A stretch of 63,508 bases of DNA, filler included, from Sanchytrium tribonematis (Eukaryota), in NCBI GenBank assembly GCA_018985235.1. It is 25 parts of 25 records of this genome, joined end to end, with 100 filler letters (N's around TTAATTAATTAA, not from the genome) between each part and the next. Parts side by side here need not be neighbours in the genome. Positions count along the whole stretch, not along the records: positions 53,200 to 54,407 come from JADGIG010001364.1; positions 54,508 to 55,713 come from JADGIG010001365.1; positions 55,814 to 57,016 come from JADGIG010001366.1; positions 57,117 to 58,318 come from JADGIG010001367.1; positions 58,419 to 59,617 come from JADGIG010001368.1; positions 59,718 to 60,916 come from JADGIG010001369.1; positions 61,017 to 62,213 come from JADGIG010001370.1; positions 62,314 to 63,508 come from JADGIG010001371.1; 17 more parts are not named here. One strand, 5' to 3'. The notes below the pieces were generated by a model. The model was not told the origin of the DNA. It searched no databases and worked only from the letters and a program-made list of their open reading frames with translations. The position numbers and the translations under genes were made by a program. Shown piece after piece: positions 53,889-63,508 of the stretch. Position 1 is the stretch's first letter. Each line of letters begins with the position of its first letter.

Positions 53889-54407
53889 TTAACATTTTAT
53901 TTTTAACTCTAAGCAATCTGTAATGCGGATGAAAGCTTTGGACAATTCGTCTTCTGTCAATGCATATGTCCACCTAAACCAGCCAATGTTCTGGTTCATG
54001 AATGCCTGCCCTCGGGGCATATAAACACCAAACTTAATAAGCTTTTTGAATAATTCCTCTTCTGTAGAAGTAATGTGATTTGAAAGATTGACGTAAACAA
54101 AAAATCCTCCATCTGGCTCTAAAAATGGAATATCGTAAGCCTTTAAAAACGAGACAACTTTTTTCAGGCATTTTTGGCAGTGGAGTTTGTTGTTTTCCAG
54201 AAATCGGTCAACTTTTTCAGTCTGTGATAGAAAATTTGTTAAATGAATATCTGCAAATCTGCTAATTGCAGAAAAATAACAAGCATTGTGCATCATTTTG
54301 ACCAGTTCAACATTAAGTGATCCAAATACACCAACTCTAATGCCATTCATGCAAAAATCTTTGGAAAAGGACCAAACAAAATGGGTCTTCTCTTTATCTA
54401 TTATATT
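53889..54407 (-). CDS. PLP-dependent class I/II aminotransferase, ACC-synthase-like (5'-partial)
   Basis: HFVWSFSKDFCMNGIRVG, GGFFVYVNL and GWFRWTYA. Confidence 0.85.
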   Translation of the reverse strand, partial: NIIDKEKTHFVWSFSKDFCMNGIRVGVFGSLNVELVKMMHNACYFSAISRFADIHLTNFLSQTEKVDRFLENNKLHCQKCLKKVVSFLKAYDIPFLEPDGGFFVYVNLSNHITSTEEELFKKLIKFGVYMPRGQAFMNQNIGWFRWTYALTEDELSKAFIRITDCLELKIKC

Positions 54408-54614
54408 NNNNNNNNNNNNNNNNNNNNNNNNNNNNNNNNNNNNNNNNNNNNTTAATTAATTAANNNNNNNNNNNNNNNNNNNNNNNNNNNNNNNNNNNNN
54501 NNNNNNNTCATTGGTCAATACATTATCCTTTTCGAACATTCTCTTGATTGCTTATAATACGGTCATCTCTTTTTAAATTTGTAATATGCTGACTTTTCCT
54601 TAAAACACGTTTCA

Positions 54615-55580
54615 ATGAAAGCAAAAGATTCTAAAATCGACTTTGAGAGTATCTCAGATGAGCCCACTAAGCTTGTATTGTGTGAAGTATTTGAAAAGCT
54701 GATGGATAAGATGCAACTAATAGAAAAGAAACAAGATGAGCAGATGGAAAAATTGAAAAATATGGAAACGAAACAATATGAGCAGATGGAAAAATTGAAA
54801 AATATGGAAACGAAACAATATGAGCAGATGGAAAAATTGAAAAATATGGAAACGAAACAATATGAGCAGATGGAAAAATTGAAAAATATGGAAAAAATAC
54901 AAGCAGGTTTAAGTGCTCAAGTGAGTGCGCTTTTAAGTGACAATAAGATTGTTTTAGCATCAATTGGAAGAATTGAAAAACAATTAGGCATCTTATCAGA
55001 ATCATCAGTCAGACAGTCTTTTGAAAAGAAATAAGGATTGTCCTTTGCTAAGTCATTAACATTTCACTCTATAAATGATGTTTTCCAGCACATTACTAAT
55101 CAGCTCAACAATGATCCCTAGCCTATTCAATTCAAATCGAAAGTATATTACGAGACTAAACTGTTAGAAATCTATATATTGAATTGAAACTATACAGCGT
55201 TGATTTCAATAACTCTGATAGAAACGATGCTTTCAAGCAACTTTAACAATACCAGGCTAAAGGCATGATGAAATTCGGGATTAAAATTAGACCACAAATG
55301 AGTCATTGAGAGACTATCGTTATCAAATGAGGGAAAGCAAACTTAGGAATATTGATGAATGTGGTTTAACGGTGGAATTTTTACACAACAATCAAAATTG
55401 AAGTTGCCAAGAATCAATTATTGTTGTGTATTGATCTCATCGAAAAATACATTCGCCTTAGTGAACTTGATGACCGCAAAACTTTTTTGAAAAAAGGATA
55501 TGTTTTTACCGTTAGGACACCTGGATATAAAAAGAGCTTCAATTTAAAAATTGATGTTGAAGTAGTAAATGTGAATTAAT
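54615..55580 (+). pseudogene. Coiled-coil repeat gene with a decayed 3' half
   Basis: ORF to 55034, then the frame continues past TAA (KK*GLSFAKSLTFHSINDVF) with further stops and shifts, and a terminal stretch IEVAKNQL...KGYVF...VNVN*. Confidence 0.45.
54736..54894 (+). repeat. 42-bp perfect tandem repeat (about 3.8 copies)
   Basis: Unit ATGAGCAGATGGAAAAATTGAAAAATATGGAAACGAAACAAT starts at 54736, 54778, 54820 and 54862. Encodes (Y)EQMEKLKNMETKQ. Confidence 0.95.
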
Positions 55581-55813
55581 AACTTACCCATAACCACATT
55601 TCCAAAAAAAAACTCTTTTGCATTTTAAATTCTCAACATGGCTAGATTAGTAGATTCGATATAACCATGTCCTTTTGACTCATGTCAAATGTTAATTTCA
55701 AATTAGATTTACGNNNNNNNNNNNNNNNNNNNNNNNNNNNNNNNNNNNNNNNNNNNNTTAATTAATTAANNNNNNNNNNNNNNNNNNNNNNNNNNNNNNN
55801 NNNNNNNNNNNNN

Positions 55814-57016
55814 CACCATTGTCGCACTAAGCAGCTGCAATTTTGTGAAATTAATTGGCCAAGTGCCTCAATATTTAAAATATTTAGATATTTCCATGAA
55901 CAAGATTAGTGGTAAGTTACCAGAATTTTCTCAATTAAAGGGACTCGTAGTCTCTTTTAATCAATTTAGTGGTCCAGTCCCTCAAAACTTCCCAATTGCA
56001 ACAAAAGTTTTATTAAATAACAACAATTTTAATGGTACATTGCCACAAGCCCCTAATTCTTTTCAGTATTCTGCAAATGACAATCAATTTAGTGGACCTG
56101 TGGACATTCCAAGTTCTTCCTTTTTATATTACGAGGTACAAAATAATCTTTTAAGTGGACCAATCACTGATTTTCAGCGAATTTATTCGGGTGTTTTCCG
56201 CAATAATTTATTAAGTGGTACCATTCCAGTAATTCCTAATGGTGTAAGTGGTTTAGATTTGTCATTCAACTTATTTACAAATCTAACGGGTCCATTTCCA
56301 GCTATAGGAATGCCAAATCAAGTCAATTCTAATCAAATTAGTGGTGAAATTGCAATGTTACAATTGACTTATACGAAATATTTGTTTCTTTACAACAATT
56401 CCATTTCTAATATCTATATTGCAGCACCAAATACGCTTCAATATTGTGATATTACCAAAAATCCCATTTTAAATTATACTAATTTGGGGAATTGTGTAAA
56501 TAATTCAGATTCTTTTTTGAAACTAAATGTGATGACTTCTGAGATTACGACTATTGCAAGAGCTTCTACACCATTCTCAACGATCATTTCAGTTACATCT
56601 GCAGCAGAAGCAGCAATTACTAGCTCATCATTAGTATTAACAAATTCTCCATCTTCTGCCACGACTCAGCCATTCGCAAATGAAAATAAGGTCTTGTCAG
56701 TGGCATTTACCACTGAAATAACTGAATATTTGAATACTGGAATTGAAATACCAGGTATATTTTATTTATTTAGAAATCATTTTGACCAGAAGGTTGTTTT
56801 TCAAAACTACAGCAAGTACTTCTCTTGATGTAGGAAGCACCTATTTATTTGTAAACTCAACAAGAGGATTACAAACGAAATATGCTAATTTAACATTCAA
56901 ACCGAGTTATAAATTGAATGAATTTGTAAATTTGAGTGTGCTTTCTATTGTGAAATTGGTGATTAATTCAATGATCATTGTGATATTACCATCGTTTATG
57001 AAATTTGAACGAAAGA
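55814..57016 (+). CDS. LRR receptor-like membrane protein (partial, one intron)
   Basis: LRRs (LDISMNKISGKLP), C-cap CDITKNPI and an S/T stalk. The TM (VLSIVKLVINSMIIVIL) lies in the second exon. Confidence 0.8.
56755..56773 (+). other. 19-nt spliceosomal intron
   Basis: GTATATTTTATTTATTTAG, phase 1. Links the LRR/stalk ORF to the TM-encoding ORF. Confidence 0.82.
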
Positions 57017-57117
57017 NNNNNNNNNNNNNNNNNNNNNNNNNNNNNNNNNNNNNNNNNNNNTTAATTAATTAANNNNNNNNNNNNNNNNNNNNNNNNNNNN
57101 NNNNNNNNNNNNNNNNT

Positions 57118-57497
57118 CCCATCATACCAATTTCTGATTTTAACGAAGGCATATCATTTGCAAAATCTCAGTATTTCATTATTCATTTAGGCCAAAACCA
57201 TTGGCAGCGTATGTTTTTTCACACGATAAAGCACTCCAAAATCAGGTATTAGACAATATCTGCGCTGGAAATACTATGATTAATGACGTTCTTATGCATA
57301 TGGGCTATTTGACTTTACCTTTTGGTGGTTGTGGAAATTCTGGCCAAGGAAGCTACCATGGAAAGTTTGGGTTTGATCAATTTACTCATAGTAGAACGGT
57401 ATTGCATCGTCCGATTATTGATGAGCCCATAATGAACATTCGCTATCCGCCACTCACAGAATCTAAGGTCAATTGGTTAAATTTTCTTTTAGGGTAA
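57118..57497 (+). CDS. Aldehyde dehydrogenase, ALDH3/HFD1-like C-terminus (5'-partial, one intron)
   Basis: PII...SQ|PKPLAAYVFS, LPFGGCGNSGQGSYHGKFGFDQFTH and RYPP. Confidence 0.9.
57171..57190 (+). other. 20-nt spliceosomal intron
   Basis: GTATTTCATTATTCATTTAG, phase 2. Gives FAKSQPKPLA. Confidence 0.85.
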
Positions 57498-57530
57498 AGT
57501 AAAATGAACGATTCAGAATAATTTATTGCT

Positions 57531-58318
57531 TTAAAAACAGCATCTCCACCAAGATTTTTTGGGTTCACTAACTTTTTCCTCCTCTACCGCTTTTTCCACA
57601 TGGGGCGTCGTTTGCTAAATGAGATAAAAATACTTGCAAATCTTTGAAGGCTTGGACTTTGAGCCAATCAAAGTCTAAATTAAGTTTTGTCTCCTTCGAA
57701 AACCCACTATTTTGAGTATTTGTAGATATAGTGCTTCCACCACCATTGCTTTTAAGCATGTTATCGAATAATTTGTATAAATATTGGTAATCTGGATCTT
57801 CTTCAAAAGCAAGCCTTCTAGCATAGGTCATGTACTCCGACAATTCTTTAGGTAAATTTGCACATAGTTCAGATATTGGGGTTGCTTGTTTTTTCTCTCC
57901 GATTTTTTCGTACTTTTGCCTATTGGTAGCAGCTTTAAGACCCTGCCACGGCAATGAGCCTCTTAAAAAGTAAACAAAAACATGTCCCAGTGCCTCTATG
58001 TCATCTCTACGACTCTGTTCTCTACCCAAATGTGTGTGAATAGACATATACCTAGCAGTGCCACTAAGGGACTTTCGTTCCCTGTAAGGAATGTGTTGCT
58101 TTGTTCTTGGATCTCTGTAATGTTTGCACATTCCAAAATCAAGCAAAAATACAATATGTTGGGAAGAACCTCCTGGCCTTCCAATTAAAAAATTATCTGG
58201 TTTTATATCTCTATATATTAAATGTTTGTTGTGAAGCAGTTCAATTCTTTTAATCATCTGTATAGCTAAGTACGCCGTTGTTTGTATGGTGAATTGCCTG
58301 TTGCACATATCAAATAGA
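57531..58318 (-). CDS. Casein kinase I, Yck1/2 (gamma-like) type (5'-partial; last exon 57614-57531)
   Basis: [29 protein letters not shown] and LPWQGLKA. The spliced C-terminus ends KKSWWRCCF*. Confidence 0.93.
57615..57633 (-). other. 19-nt spliceosomal intron
   Basis: GTATTTTTATCTCATTTAG, phase 0. Exposes a terminal Cys-Cys motif typical of Yck-type CK1. Confidence 0.85.
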
Positions 58319-58418
58319 NNNNNNNNNNNNNNNNNNNNNNNNNNNNNNNNNNNNNNNNNNNNTTAATTAATTAANNNNNNNNNNNNNNNNNNNNNNNNNN
58401 NNNNNNNNNNNNNNNNNN

Positions 58419-59617
58419 TGAATATTGACCAGATGACAGTGAAGTACAAATCCCTCCCCGACACACGCACAAAAGTCAATGCCTCCGGTAAAAGACCATA
58501 CGAGTATGACCGACTCCGTCCTCGTAAGCCCTGTTCTTATTGTAAGGCTGTTCACCCAGGACGTATCAGGCATCCTGACAGCCCTAATTATGAACCTCCC
58601 TCTGGCAATTCCAGAGTGCCTTCTACCAGAGCTTCCTCACCTGGTCGCTCACGTCACCCCTCTAATTACTCAAGACTTCCCCACCCATCTCCACATCACA
58701 GTGGCTCCCCCATTCGCAGTGCAGATGTCCGTCATCTGTCTGCAGAAGTGGTCCCCGTAAATCTTCCCAAAGAGGATTCACAACACTTGCCTCCCTCAGA
58801 CTTTACGGATTTCATTCCGGTTGACCTACCCAGTCCCACTAAGCCCCTTACGCAACTGATCATCACCTTTCCCTACAAGAGACATGGCGTGTCACGTAGA
58901 GACTGGGACGCAGAGATGGAAGATCGAATCTCTGAATGGCAGGTCAGTACGATTGGTGCCTTGCCCTTCAAGCTTGACAAGTACCCAGAACTATTACAAT
59001 ACGCTGATGATGATGACCGCCAGCATTCTCGATGGCAGAGTGATGGCTTTGTGAATTCCAACCTCACTGCCCACGTTGACCCCGTCGCCAAACGTATTAG
59101 CTGGTCCATTCTCCCCGCTTCACTGTGCAACATGCACGCACAGGCTGTCGAACGTCAATCACCCATCATTGGATTTGTGATTCCCTACCGCGCTCTCCTT
59201 GGACAGGCAAATCCTTCCTCGGCCAATCTCCTTACTGCCTTAGAATTCCTATGTGATCCACTCTTCACCAAGATAGATCAATCCTTCTTTGGAAAGAAGA
59301 CCTTTGACCTACAATGCACTGTCAAATTGGCTCCTTCTATCTCCAATATCCAAAATCACTTGCAGGATTTTGTGGACGTCTTTGGCGCTGCGCTGGTTCA
59401 TAGACAGAAAGTGAGCCAACGCCCTCCAAAGACACAACCTTGTCGATTCCTCAGTAAATCCCACTCTGCCTATCCTCCTCTATGTGACTTCATACATCAC
59501 TTAGAGGCACCTACTCCTGACTTCTCTTCTAAACCAATGTTTAGAGGCCTGATCAACCACAAACCTGCTGTCATACTATTGGACACAGGGGCAGAAATCA
59601 ACATCATGTCATATGCA
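58419..59617 (+). mobile_element. Probable retrotransposon gag-protease fragment
   Basis: Open frame with CSYC...H...H, a Pro/Ser-rich linker and the aspartic protease motif ILLDTGAEINIMS. C-rich composition unlike the host genes. Confidence 0.6.
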
Positions 59618-59717
59618 NNNNNNNNNNNNNNNNNNNNNNNNNNNNNNNNNNNNNNNNNNNNTTAATTAATTAANNNNNNNNNNNNNNNNNNNNNNNNNNN
59701 NNNNNNNNNNNNNNNNN

Positions 59718-60916
59718 GCCCACCGCATGAGCTTGCCTTTGTGATCTTGCAGCGTCAACAGCCATCGCAATGCCGCTGCATCCGTCACTACCGTGGTAGG
59801 GTTACCCCACACGTAAGGTCGGAAATGGTTGAGCGATAGCACAACCGTTGTGACAGCTAAGCACTCTAGCGCCGTGGCGCCCATCTTCGCGTCTTGCGTA
59901 GAGTTGATTTTTGAAAAATAAACCACCACTACTTCCATTTCCTCCCTCCCATTTACTGTGCGCCTGCGGCCTGCCGCAGGTGCAGCCTCTTTGCCGCTGA
60001 GCTGTTCCACCGGTTTGAACTGCGTCAGTATGCCACACGTAGCCGTTTGAGAGGCGTCTGTGTACAGCACGAACGGCAAGTTGAAGTCCAGGTGCGACAC
60101 CAGTTTCGCTGAGCACATGGCTTCTTTCAGTGCTGCAAAGGCGTCCTGCCTTCGTCGGTCCCACACCATGTCAGCATCTGTTTTCGTCATTTCTACTAAT
60201 GGTGCAGCCAGCCTAGCGAAATCTTGCACATAGCGCCGGTAGTAGTTGAAGCAGCCAAGCACAGTGCGTATGAGGCTCCTGTCAACTCTACCTTTTTGGT
60301 TTAATGGGGCGCTCATGTCTGCCATAGCCTTCACCTTATCAGGGTCAGGGCGTATGCCACCTGAGCCCACAATTTGACTTCTGTTTTGAAACCACTGGCA
60401 CTTGTGTCTAGACACGCTCAGTCCTGCCTTTTCAATCCTTGACAGCACAAGTTTGATGTGTGCAATATGGGACTCAATTGAATCGTCATATATCAGCACG
60501 TGTACATCATCGACGTACACCATTGCATACGCACCTAGGGCAGAGCCCAGGGTGTTGTGCATTAGGCGGGTGAACTGCGCAGGCAAGTTCGCCAGTCCAA
60601 ATGGTGCAACTGTGTACTGCCACAATCCCCCATCAGGTGTGCGAAACGCTGTCTTCGCTTTGTCACCCTCTCGCAGTGGTATCTGATGGTAGCCTGCAGC
60701 CATGTCAATTGATGACATATAGCGTGCGCCCTTCATCTGATGTACCATGTCATCAATATTTCCTAATCCTCTGCTATCTCTTTTAGTCACCGCATTTAAC
60801 CGTCGGAAGTCCACACAGAAGCGAATTTTGTCACCCTGTCTGGCTAACACTGGGTTGCATGCCCATGGTCCATTGCCAGGCTCCACTTGCTTACGCAGGT
60901 GCATGGCCTTGACATG
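59718..60916 (-). mobile_element. Ty3/gypsy RT-RNase H fragment, GC-rich
   Basis: RFCVDFRRLN, DMAAGYHQI, KTAFRT, PFGLAN, YVDD, YTDAS, ECLAV and TDAAALRWL. Confidence 0.93.
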
Positions 60917-61016
60917 NNNNNNNNNNNNNNNNNNNNNNNNNNNNNNNNNNNNNNNNNNNNTTAATTAATTAANNNNNNNNNNNNNNNNNNNNNNNNNNNN
61001 NNNNNNNNNNNNNNNN

Positions 61017-62213
61017 TAGAATCAGCCCATGATACTGCAGTGCAACCAACAAAAATGTTTTTATTCCATCTTCCTTGAATCAATTCGATCTTTGCCAAAA
61101 ATAATTTTGGTACCAAAGGTAATGAAAAATTTAGAGCTAAATTTAAAACTTTGCATGGTTCAATTTCAACCAGTTGCTGATTTGGTGTTAAAAGCTCTGA
61201 TTTGCAAATAAATGAAAGTTTGCTACTACTCTTATTGTTTAGCATCAGAGGCAAATTCAAGGATGTTCCGCACATTCTCGAACCTAACCATAAATAATGA
61301 AAATTGGTGACCAAAATGCCGTCAAAATCTTTTATCAGTTCATATTTAAAAGGCTCGGAAACCTGACGAGAATATTTCACGCTAAGCGCGTCTGCGGGTA
61401 TGCTTTGCAGTGGATAAAATAAGTTTGTAAGCAAATTGAAATTAATTTCATACTTTTTGCAACTAATTTCAAGGTCTATCTCTAGCTCTTTAAAAATCAA
61501 CGCGCCTTTAATTGTAACAATTATCTTAAACGAAAGCGATCCTAATCTAGAGAGGCTGATCGTGTTGCTGCAAATATAATAATTGTCTGAAATTTTCAAA
61601 AAATCATAAATCAATTCTTTGTCTTTCATCATTTTAATACTATCTTTTTGTTCTTGATCAAATTGAAATGACTCGAAATACTGGGAACTTAAAATTTCTG
61701 AGCCTTGTACTACCTGTGATGATACTATGACTCCGTTTGGTACAATAACTGGAAATTTGATACCCACAATTTTCCCAATATAGGTATCATCCAATTCAAG
61801 TTTTTGGGACTTGATATGCTTTACGCAGGAGAATTCATCAATATTTTCATAAGCTGCTTTGCAAACCATAAATATTTCAGAATTCTTAACCGGTATAGAC
61901 AATTTGTATTCATTGTTGACGTAGACAAATATACAATCTTTTGTACTATATTTTAAGCAAAAGTTAATGGGTAACTCTAAAGATTGAAAAACTTTTAGAC
62001 TTGTATCATTTGGTACAATCAAAAAGTTTTCTTCGTTTTTGACTTTAAATCTAACAGATAGATCGATTTCATTGCTCTTCTTATTTAAAAACTTCAGAAA
62101 TTGCCCATTCCATTCTACCGTAAAATCGCATTCTCTTCCATCAAGTAGATAGCTCTCGATTTTACTAATTGGCAAATGATTTTCAAGCAAGCATAAATCG
62201 GACTTATTATATA
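61017..62213 (-). CDS. Internal fragment of a large beta-rich protein
   Basis: ORF of about 390 codons spanning most of the contig. No family recognised. Confidence 0.45.
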
Positions 62214-62396
62214 NNNNNNNNNNNNNNNNNNNNNNNNNNNNNNNNNNNNNNNNNNNNTTAATTAATTAANNNNNNNNNNNNNNNNNNNNNNNNNNNNNNN
62301 NNNNNNNNNNNNNAAAAGTGGTCACACAATTTGATACGTGAATCACGTATAGGATGACCAAAATCGTATAAATATACCAAATAGCAACAAATACAA

Positions 62397-63158
62397 ATGT
62401 TTTTCTTGTCTATCTCTCTAGCTTTTCCGCAACTTCCAACAAGAACCATGTACGAAAACCCCAATTCGTTATTTGCTGAGGCAACTGAATCCCTGGAACT
62501 TGAAAGTCTCATCGAAATCGAAGAACCTTCAGAAGTAGTAGTATTAACTCCCATTCCAAGTCCCACTTTACAAATCTTGCCAAGCCCTACGCTCCCTTCG
62601 CTATCATCAACAGGTCCTAAGGTTGATCCATCACCTCAAACCGCGCAAATCGCGGCTTCTCCAAAGCCCGAAACTTCAACTAGTAATGGACAAGCGGCAT
62701 GTATCGCGGCTTTAGGAAGTAATCAATTGCCTGGAGGGCTGACATGTCATCACACATACAACAAAGACAATCCACTTGCTGCAGGATTTGGTGGGTGCGA
62801 TTTAGTCAAAACCAGCGAGGGCGGGATCAGAGATATTGAGCTTGTTTGGGCATTTGCGAAATCCAAGGGATATTTGGTAAAAGGTGGCGGAAATTGTTTT
62901 GACGTTGAGCAATATTCGTTCAACGGTAAGTCTGTAAAACTTATAGTTATGGACAACGGATCGTATCACGATATATCTATACCTGCGTATGAGGCATTGA
63001 CAGGCGTTAAACCTGGTCCTAATTGTGAAGATGCGGTTTGTCCGATAGGGAACTTTGTAGTTACAAAAGTTGGAAATGTCAAGGCCGAATTCGATAGTTT
63101 TTCTGAGGAATACTTAAAGAGAAATTATCCCAATTCCAAGATCGAGTTAGAATATTAA
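62397..63158 (+). CDS. Secreted protein with Pro/Ser/Thr linker and RlpA/expansin-like DPBB domain
   Basis: Signal MFFLSISLA, and NGKSVKLIVMD...HDISIPAYEAL matching the DPBB pattern G.SV.V.V.D...DLS..AF..L. Confidence 0.6.
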   Translation: MFFLSISLAFPQLPTRTMYENPNSLFAEATESLELESLIEIEEPSEVVVLTPIPSPTLQILPSPTLPSLSSTGPKVDPSPQTAQIAASPKPETSTSNGQAACIAALGSNQLPGGLTCHHTYNKDNPLAAGFGGCDLVKTSEGGIRDIELVWAFAKSKGYLVKGGGNCFDVEQYSFNGKSVKLIVMDNGSYHDISIPAYEALTGVKPGPNCEDAVCPIGNFVVTKVGNVKAEFDSFSEEYLKRNYPNSKIELEY

Positions 63159-63172
63159 TGATTCATTTAAAT

Positions 63173-63508
63173 TTAACTTTTATTTTTTACCCTTTTTGAT
63201 TTTCTTCTCTCATTTGATTTACTTGTTTTTCTATCAACTTTGACAAATCCTTCACCTTCTTGCTTTTTTGCTTGAGATTCCTTTTTGTGTCCTTTGGTGG
63301 ACTTCTTTTTATTACTTGGGTTGCTTTGGGCACTTGTTTTGAATTTATTACCGTCCTCTATCGCAATTGGACGCTTCTCTGGTGTTAACACAGCTGAATA
63401 TGACTTTTTATGAACTAAATGAGAGTTCTTGTATCCCATCCAAGAAGGCCGAGCTGGTGGAGTTTTGTACAGGATTATTTCAATGCTTTCATCCGACGAT
63501 ACACTGTC
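63173..63508 (-). CDS. Lys-rich C-terminus of an unknown protein (5'-partial)
   Basis: Frame open from the window end to TAA at 63173. Confidence 0.4.
   Translation of the reverse strand, partial: DSVSSDESIEIILYKTPPARPSWMGYKNSHLVHKKSYSAVLTPEKRPIAIEDGNKFKTSAQSNPSNKKKSTKGHKKESQAKKQEGEGFVKVDRKTSKSNERRKSKRVKNKS

Noticed and set aside
54736..54894. CRISPR-like array
   Set aside because: The repeats are contiguous, have no spacers and are in frame within a coding sequence.

Overview
This is not one chromosomal region. It is 25 assembly contigs joined by an artificial 100-nt spacer (N44-TTAATTAATTAA-N44): two long pieces (1-16603, 28694-45201) and 23 of about 1.2 kb. Most of the DNA comes from a very compact, AT-rich eukaryote with fungal-type housekeeping genes (ARG3, STE14, CKS1, asparagine synthetase, SDH1, VMA16, OSH4/KES1, septin, CK1, MAPK) and an expanded LRR receptor-like family. 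An early-diverging fungus, possibly sanchytrid-like, is my inference and has not been verified. The main finding is a uniform class of ultra-short GT-AG introns. Eleven were found (ten of 19 nt, one of 20 nt), most restoring a conserved reading frame, and all end in YTNAYWWAG with the presumptive branch A exactly 6 nt from the 3' end. Other notable items: intergenic gaps of 1-40 nt, a 768-bp PIF/Harbinger-type element with TIRs and a TTA target-site duplication, a solitary 5S rRNA gene, an ankyrin-AIG1 GTPase fusion, a 7TM-RGS protein, several pseudogenes, two probable chimeric junctions in the first contig, and two GC-rich retrotransposon contigs that may be foreign.
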